Shown here: positions 56,497 through 64,000 of the stretch, piece after piece | How positions within the stretch are numbered: the stretch's first letter is position 1 | Layout of the letters: every line of letters starts with the position of its first letter | DNA from: Eledone cirrhosa | Taxonomy: Eukaryota | Length of the DNA stretch: 64,000 bases | NCBI GenBank assembly: GCA_964016885.1 | Contig: OZ024742.1 | Location: 250,294,001 to 250,358,000 of the forward strand | Direction of reading: 5' to 3' | Made by a program: the position numbers and the translations under genes | The notes under the pieces: model-generated | Seen by the model: the letters and a program-made list of their open reading frames with translations, nothing else | Told to the model about the DNA's origin: nothing | The model's database searches: none

Positions 56497-56501
<5 letters not shown>

Positions 56502-56983
56502 TATTAAAAAAATAATGAACAAACAAAGAAACAGTTCCTTATATTAAACAAAAAAAGTTCATTATTTTACGATCGTTTCTAGGACATATATGTGTTAGAA
56601 TTGGTATGCATATTCAAAAGATCTATGTACAAAATTATACAAACTATCAAAGAGAATATACATACCTTCACATATATATGCTGTCTTCATAAATAATCTG
56701 ATAGTTTGTATAATTTTGTACATAGATCTTTTGAATATGCATACCAATTCTAACACATATATGTCCTAGAAACGATCGTAAAATAATGAACTTTTTTTGT
56801 TTAATATAAGGAACTGTTTCTTTGTTTGTTCATTATTTTTTTAATAATTTATCTTGACTCTGTATTCCGTTTATCTTTCACCGAAAGTGATTTTTGAATG
56901 CATCTCTTCTTTTCATGATATCCGGATTACATTGAGTTCTTCATACGGATTGGACACTACCGTAAACTTTTGGTAGATTTATC

Positions 56984-56985
<2 letters not shown>
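56497..56985 (+). mobile_element. Hairpin+tail insert in (TA)n
   Basis: Arms 56497-56648 and 56699-56852 near perfect; tail 56853-56985. Confidence 0.85.
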
Positions 56986-57029
<44 letters not shown>

Positions 57030-57102
57030 CATATGTATCCATATAAATATATATTTAAACACACACATAAACATATATGTGTGTGTGTGTGTTTAAATAT
57101 AT

Positions 57103-57734
57103 AGGCATTGATGAATTACGAAAACGGAAACAAATTCAAGGTACGTCCAATATTCTATCATATATCTCAACACACAACCCAAGAAATGCGGAAGTCTACA
57201 ACACTATTCACAAGAACATCCCACTATTGAAACAAGAGCCAAGAATGAAAAAAGCCCTTGAAACACAAAATAATCAAAAGCAAAAGACCACTGAAATCAC
57301 TAAAAACATTACTCACCAATGCCAAATTACCTACCACAAACCCACAACCAACTGTCAAAAAATGTGGTCGCTCTAATTGTGGAACCTGCACTCACTTCAT
57401 TTAAGGCAACATGTATACATTTCAATCAGGACAAAATTTTGCTGTAAAAAATCACTTCACTTGCTCATCAAAAAATCTACTTTATGCCATTAAATGTAAA
57501 GGATGCAATGAAGATTATATAGGACAAACTAAACTCACACTCAGAAACAGAATGACAGTTCATCGCCAACAATTACGAGATCCAACCACGAGACAGATAC
57601 CACTAAGTGCACATCTAGACATATGCCCAAGTCTTCCCATTTTATCTTTACGCTGACAATACAACAGAACAAATACGAATAAATAAGGAAAATATGTTTA
57701 TTCAAAAATATAGACCAGCATTAAATATAGTTTA
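57103..57734 (+). pseudogene. GIY-YIG endonuclease with upstream Cys-rich linker
   Basis: KCGRSNCGTCTHF*...FTCSSKNLLYAIKCKGCNEDYIGQT...LRNRMTVH...LSAHLDIC; downstream RINKENMFIQKYRPALN. Confidence 0.88.
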
Positions 57735-57810
57735 ATATACATTATGTCAACACTATAACATGCTAACCATCCAAACAGACACATACATACACACACACAT
57801 AACACCAGAC

Positions 57811-59638
57811 CAGTGGCGTAACTAGGGGGGGGGGCACGTGCCCCCGGGCGCCATTTTGAGGGGGCGCAAAATTGACCAAGATTGTTGACTTAAATTATTT
57901 TCTTTTTTTACTGTGCATGAACAAAAACTTATGTTTTCCGTTGCTCAATACATTAGCCCATCAATTGTTTGTGCTCTATGACTTAGCTTTTCAAAAGAAT
58001 TTCTTCATCTACTTGCTCTCAACGTCAAGAAGAATGTTGTTCGACGCGTAAAAAATGCTCGTCATTATGCGCTGATGGTGGACTCATCGCCTGATTAAGC
58101 TCATCGAGACCAGCTGTCACGAGTATGTCGATGTTGATTTCGAAAAAAGGACCGTTCGCATCCGAGAGTCCTTTCTGGGGCTCACCCTACTGGAAGAGAA
58201 AGATGCAGCCAGTATTGTAGAACTTATTTTGAAAGAATTGAAAGTGATTGCAAGGCTCAATGTTACAACAATGCTGCGGTTATGGCCGGACACAGCAGTG
58301 GGGTTCAACAACGCATAATGAATTTGAACGAAAAGGCGATATTTGTTAACTGTGACAACCATTCACTTAACCTCGTTGGTTTGACCGCAGTGAAGAGTAG
58401 CTTCAAAGTTATGTCATTTTTCAACGTCATCAAGTCATTGTTTGCGTTCTTTTCGCGATCAACACGGCATTGGGAAAAGTTAAAGCAAGCAATCCCTTTC
58501 GTTCTGAAATCTCCATCGCACACCAGGTGGAGCGCAAGAGCAGATGCTGTAAAGCATCTTGCAACTTTCTGAATGAAATCCTCGAGCTTCTGCAAAAGTT
58601 GGTAGAGGATAATGAGGAGAGATCCGACACACGAAGTGATGCAGAAGATCTTTTAAGCCAAATGCTTGTCTTCCACTTCTTCGTGTTGCTTGGACTTTGG
58701 AATAGGATTCTGGCTCGAATCGATCGGGTTCAGAAACGCCTTCCGGGATGCCGCTGATGACATCAAAGCCCTCCAGCAGTATTACGCGGATAATGGAAGT
58801 ACTATTGCCCAGCAATCACTTAATAGTGGCATTGAGTTAGGTCACGCTGGAACATTGACACCAGCACACGTCGCGGAAGGCCAAGACGGCAGCTTTCAGA
58901 TAATTCTGAAGATGAATTACTGTCACCAGCCAGTGAAGTAAAAACAGTGATGCAAACTGTTTTCCTTCGAGTTCAATCAGAAATGCAGCTATGATTCGCC
59001 CGTCTCAACGATATTGACGCGAGGTTTGGCTTCCTCCTAGATGTCCGCTCTCTGTGCTGTCCACCTTTTCCAGACGACCTCGCACTTCGATCAAAGTGCT
59101 CTTCAGTAGCTGATCACTACAATGCTGACATTGATGGCAAGGAGCTTTTTGAAGAAATCGTTGACTCAGGCGTTGTTGTCAACCCGCACTAATGTTTCAG
59201 TTTCAAGACAAGAACACCTCCTGAATGTTATTGTTCAATACGGAGAAAACAGTGTATTTCCGAATTTGCGTATCGGTCTACAGATACTGCTAACTATGGC
59301 CGTTTCCGTCGTAAGCTGTGAGAGATCCTTCAGCAAGCTCAACCTCATCTTATCATATTTGCGGACATCAATGTCTCAAAGCCGTCTGCGCGATCTTGCC
59401 ATCCTCAGCATAGAAAGCGAAGAAACAAACGCAACCGATTTTGATGAAATAATCGATCAATTTGCATCAGCTAAAGCTAGAAAGATCCCTTTGTAAATAT
59501 TTTTTTACTCTTTTTTCCATATTAATTTTATAAAAGTAGTTTTAGATCATATATTCATGTTTTTTCGTGTCATTTAAATTACTTTGGGGACAAAGTTCGA
59601 GCTTGCCCCTGGTCGCAAAATCCCTAGGTACGCCACTG
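57811..59638 (+). mobile_element. hAT DNA transposon with decayed, 5'-deleted transposase
   Basis: TIRs CAGTGGCGTAACTAGGG / CCCTAGGTACGCCACTG. Motifs FVNCDNHSLNL, TRWSAR, and hATC domain FPNLRIGLQILLT...CERSFSKL. TSD degenerate. Confidence 0.92.
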
Positions 59639-60925
59639 CATAGCACCCTCTACTTTAGAAAATAAAAACCAGAACTAAATAAATCTTAATTAACTTATAC
59701 GTTAATACTCTAACACCTTAACATGATAACCCCCACCCCCACCCACACACACATAACTCCCTCCCCCATTTCTACTAACAGAATCATTTTCCTACACACA
59801 CACACACAAAATATATATATTCTCTCCATCTTAACATGCTAACCATACTCCCACACATACACAACTCCCTCCCCCATTTCTACTAATACAATCATTTTCC
59901 TACACACACACAAAATATATATATTCTCTCTATCTTAACATGCTAACCATACTCCCACACACACACATAACACTCATACACACACACAACTCCCTCCCCC
60001 ATTTCTAGTAATAGAATCATCTTCCTACACACACACACACACCAGCACACACACACACCAGCACACCAATAAACATACATATCTCTACTTTCTTTATTTC
60101 AATAGAAAGTCTGAATTGTGACACCCTGCACACCAGCCATATTCACTAAATCAGAACAATTCTCTCCACCCCGTTTTTCTTGACCATTATCTTTTGTTTG
60201 GCACAAAATTCTCTAAAAGGCTACAAAATAAATTCCCAAATACGGGCACAAAATTTAATATACTTGTTCACGTGACAGTCATAATTTCATTTATAACCAA
60301 TCAAATTACATTTCAGCACATCAGTTATACTCAGAACAACTCTCTCCATCCCTTTTTCTTGACCATTATATTTTGTTTGGCACAAAATTCTCTAAATGGC
60401 TACAAAAAAATTCACAAATACGGGCGCGCATTTTAATGTACTTGCTCATGAGACAGTCATAATTTCATTTATAACCAATCAAGTTACATTTTAAAAAAAG
60501 CCTTCTTTAAGCCTTCTTTAAGTAAAAAGAAATTCAAATACAAACTGGCGCGAAAGCTGATGTGCTTATTCACGTGACTGCATCAACCAACCAAACTTCA
60601 CTCATATATGAAAAAACAACCTTAGCCCCCCCCCCCCCCCCCCTGTTTGAAGAACTTTGTAACACGTACAGGCGCGAAATTTATTATACTTATTCACCAA
60701 CCAACCAAATTACTTCTCTAAAAACCTGGTATTTCGAGCCACTTTTTTCGATATAAAACAGAAGTAACATTCAAAGACCAACACCAGATGGGAGAAAAAA
60801 CACAGACCATCCATCTCAATTCTACTTTTGAAACGCAGAAGAACTACGAAACCGGTAAAGGAATCAGATAAATATATATTTAAAAAAAAAAAGACTCCAG
60901 TTGCATTTTCGATTTCATCTTTTTT

Positions 60926-61041
<116 letters not shown>

Positions 61042-61045
61042 ATAC

Positions 61046-61093
<48 letters not shown>

Positions 61094-61097
61094 ATAC

Positions 61098-61150
<53 letters not shown>

Positions 61151-61207
61151 TATATATATATATATATACATTATATATATATATATACATTATATATATA
61201 TATATAC

Positions 61208-61280
<73 letters not shown>

Positions 61281-61283
<3 letters not shown>

Positions 61284-61472
61284 AAAATGTATGACCCCGA
61301 CGGCAGAGCTCAAGCCGTTTCGCCGGCTATTTCTGGACCAGAAATACCCTTCGAAACGGCTTGAGCTTTGCCGTCGGTGTCATACGTTTTTCCTATTACC
61401 CACTCTACTACCCTAAGTATTGAGTACTCTGGTGCGTTACAGTCTATCTGGTTCCTTACCTCAACTCCTTTG

Positions 61473-61475
<3 letters not shown>
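61281..61475 (+). mobile_element. Family H1 hairpin+tail element, copy 5
   Basis: Same arms and tail, in (TA)n. Confidence 0.85.
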
Positions 61476-61518
<43 letters not shown>

Positions 61519-61728
61519 TATATAGGTGTATAGGTGCAAGAAAATTTCGTCCGTAGGTTGGTAAGATGACAAAAGCCTACTACCACACCAATGAATTAGT
61601 AGGGGATTTGGCAGGTTTGCTCAACAAATAAATAATTTGGAGATAAATATAGAGAATTAGTATATCTACCAACATATGCGTCCCTAGTGTCCGTGCATTG
61701 CCTGGAGACTTAGCTGAGAATAGACTCC

Positions 61729-61772
61729 CTGATGACGTAATGAATTCTCGATGGTTACATTACGTAACCATC
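61729..61772 (+). ncRNA. Degenerate hammerhead-like motif
   Basis: CTGATGA-CGTAATG...CATTAC-GTAAC (GAAA mutated). Confidence 0.3.
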
Positions 61773-61978
61773 TTTATCCCATTACAGAAACTAATTAGTT
61801 GGAGTGAAAATTTTAGTAAGTAAGTTAATTTTTAAATTTTTTTTTAAATTTTCTTATTTTACGTCTTTCATATAATTGTTCTGCATCCTCCTGCATTGAA
61901 CCACCTAGGTACTATGACATAACTTATGTATTTGCTAGCATTAGTGTACATCTGTACGCATATGTTGGTAGATATACT

Positions 61979-62086
<108 letters not shown>

Positions 62087-62271
62087 TTATTTATTTATTT
62101 ATTTATTTATATATATTCTGTCAAAGTTCTTTCATCACACACCTGTAAGATCATCAGTGGTATTATTACGTTTCCTCCCGTTGTATTGTAATGGCGTAGA
62201 CATTACAATACAACGGGAGGAAACATAATGGTACCACTAATTGTGCTACAAACCAAAGAATAAGTGTATTT

Positions 62272-62453
62272 TTGGCAGTATCGGTAGAGGGTCGGACGCC
62301 ATGCTTTCCAGCATAGTTACATCCCTTTACGATTTGAGTTCAAATCCCGCCGAGGTTGACTTTGCCTTTCATCCTTACAGGGTCGATAAAATAAAGTACC
62401 AGTAATGCACTGAATAATTGCTGGCCTTGTGCCTAAAGTAGAAACAATTATTA
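62272..62453 (+). mobile_element. tRNA-type SINE
   Basis: TGGCAGTATCGGTAGAG...GAGTTCAAATCCC...GCCTTTCATCCTTACAGGGTCGATAAAATAAAGTACC...AAACAATTATT. Confidence 0.85.
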
Positions 62454-62478
62454 TTTCTGACAATATTATGAGAATATT

Positions 62479-62820
62479 CTAGGGCGGGTAAAAATCCCGA
62501 GATCTATGGACGAGTTCTCTCTAGCGGTCTCCGTCCCTCATTATCGCTGCCGTGTCCTGTGTCTCCAACAGACCAGTGTCTTTCCTTAGGGCATCAACAT
62601 ACGTTAACCTTGGTCTTCCTCTTCCAGTGTGTCAATGTAGGGGCTCCCACAGGAGCACTGAGTGCAATGTCAACTCTGGATGTCGGTGAGCATGTCCAGC
62701 TAACCTCAGTCTCCTCTGTGTCACTTTTGAGCTGACTTTTGGGAGGCTCCTATACAGTTCTGAGTTTTCATCCTCAGTGTATACTGATTAATGTTCAGAG
62801 CCATCCTCAGCATTCTCGTA
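62479..62820 (-). mobile_element. RTE-like LINE 3' fragment with probable TSD AGAATAT
   Basis: Homologous to 50349-50650; AGAATAT on both sides. Confidence 0.8.
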
Positions 62821-62902
62821 TAAGAATATGACCCTCCCCAAATAGAACAATATTTGTTTCAACACATGATTTAATATCAAAATCCTTGCCTATATATATA
62901 TA

Positions 62903-63056
62903 TGAAAAGATTCAGGACTCCGAGGGCTAAGCTCCGGCCGTTTTGACAGCTAGATTCAAACTCGAATATATCTGAATCTTTTCCTATCGCCCACTCTACT
63001 ACCCCAAGTATCGAGTACTCTTATGGTCCATCTGCTATATTACCACACCCACTTTG

Positions 63057-63058
<2 letters not shown>
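62903..63058 (+). mobile_element. Family H1 element, copy 6 (right arm partly deleted)
   Basis: AGCTCCGGCCGTTT arm plus CCCACTCTACTACCCCAAGTATCGAGTACTC tail. Confidence 0.75.
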
Positions 63059-63128
<70 letters not shown>

Positions 63129-63401
63129 GTTATTGTTACTTGTTTCATATACGGACCTAAGTTTGCACCTTGCACCTCATACTGCCTCTGTGTAGTATAT
63201 CACATGGATGCACGCACCTTCTCCTGTACCCCCCCCCCCGTTTTTTTATTTACCCGTTTTTTTATTTATCTCTTTGTGAAGTTACATACAGATTTGAATG
63301 TATTTTAAAATATTGTAAATTTATTTATTTTATTTTATTTTATTATCCTATTGTGTTTATATGTGTGTTTTTATGTGTAGACCTGTGCGTAGGTATATGT
63401 A

Positions 63402-63434
<33 letters not shown>

Positions 63435-63711
63435 GTGGGTGTGTATGGGAGGGTGTATGTATACATGTGTACGTATATGCATGAGCTTATGAGCGTGTGT
63501 GTGTGCATGCATGTACATGTATGTACATATGTGGCTGAGTGTGTATATAGATATATATGTGTGTGTGGGCGCGTATGTATATAAATGTGTGTGTGCGTAT
63601 GTATGTATATGTGGGTCTCTATATGTATGTGTATTTGTGTGTGTATGTATATGTATGTGTACATCTCACAAGAATTTGCACGGATGGATTATATATACCT
63701 TGTATTGTATT

Positions 63712-64000
63712 ATTAAAAATAGAAAGGAGGGGGAGCTGGTAGATAAGTTAGGCGAGGCTATTTGTAGTGGCATCGCAACTGACGTGCTAGCGGCGAGAAT
63801 GGCATTAGACCATTTCTTCAATGCCAAACACGAAGGTTGCATTGTCAGAGCTAAGGCGCGTGCGCTGAGAAACGAGGGAACTAAAGCTGTTCGATGGGCC
63901 CGCGTGGCGGAGGCGCAGCGTGGTAATAAAACCACAATTCGGTCTTTGGCGGACCGAGACGGACACGAGATAAGCGATTCCAAGCGGATGTGTGAGGCCT
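63712..64000 (+). mobile_element. L1/Tx1-like ORF2 fragment (endonuclease-RT linker), runs off the window
   Basis: Open frame ELVDKLGEAICSG...HEGCIVRAKARALRNEGTKAVRWARVAEAQRGNKTTIRSLADRDGHEISDSKRMCEA resembles the GA.IRSR..W...GE...I..L....G linker. Confidence 0.6.

Overview
This is repeat-saturated, AT-rich animal genomic DNA. A cephalopod (Octopus-like) origin is inferred from the (TA)n/(CATA)n/(GT)n density and SINE style, and was not verified. I found no convincing host protein-coding exon; most ORFs in the track are microsatellite read-throughs or antisense shadows of transposon ORFs. Recognisable content: decayed Tc1/mariner, hAT (plus a MITE), RTE, R4/Dong-type RLE and L1/Tx1 LINEs, tRNA-type SINEs, a 7.7-kb Helitron holding two RepHel regions in tandem, and a Penelope-like (PLE) GIY-YIG remnant. 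Two patterns stand out. (1) About ten type-I hammerhead ribozyme (HHR) motifs, three or four with intact cores, and 14 fold-back 'hairpin + unique tail' inserts at (TA)n tracts; two of these are demonstrably snap-back copies of HHR-bearing termini elsewhere in the window, and there are also direct-repeat, permuted inserts. Together they suggest a (TA)n-targeted non-autonomous PLE/retrozyme-like system. (2) A (CATA)n hot-spot where Dong-like LINEs, an RTE LINE and RTE-derived bipartite short elements are stacked in opposite orientations. Coordinates were read by eye and may be off by a few bases.
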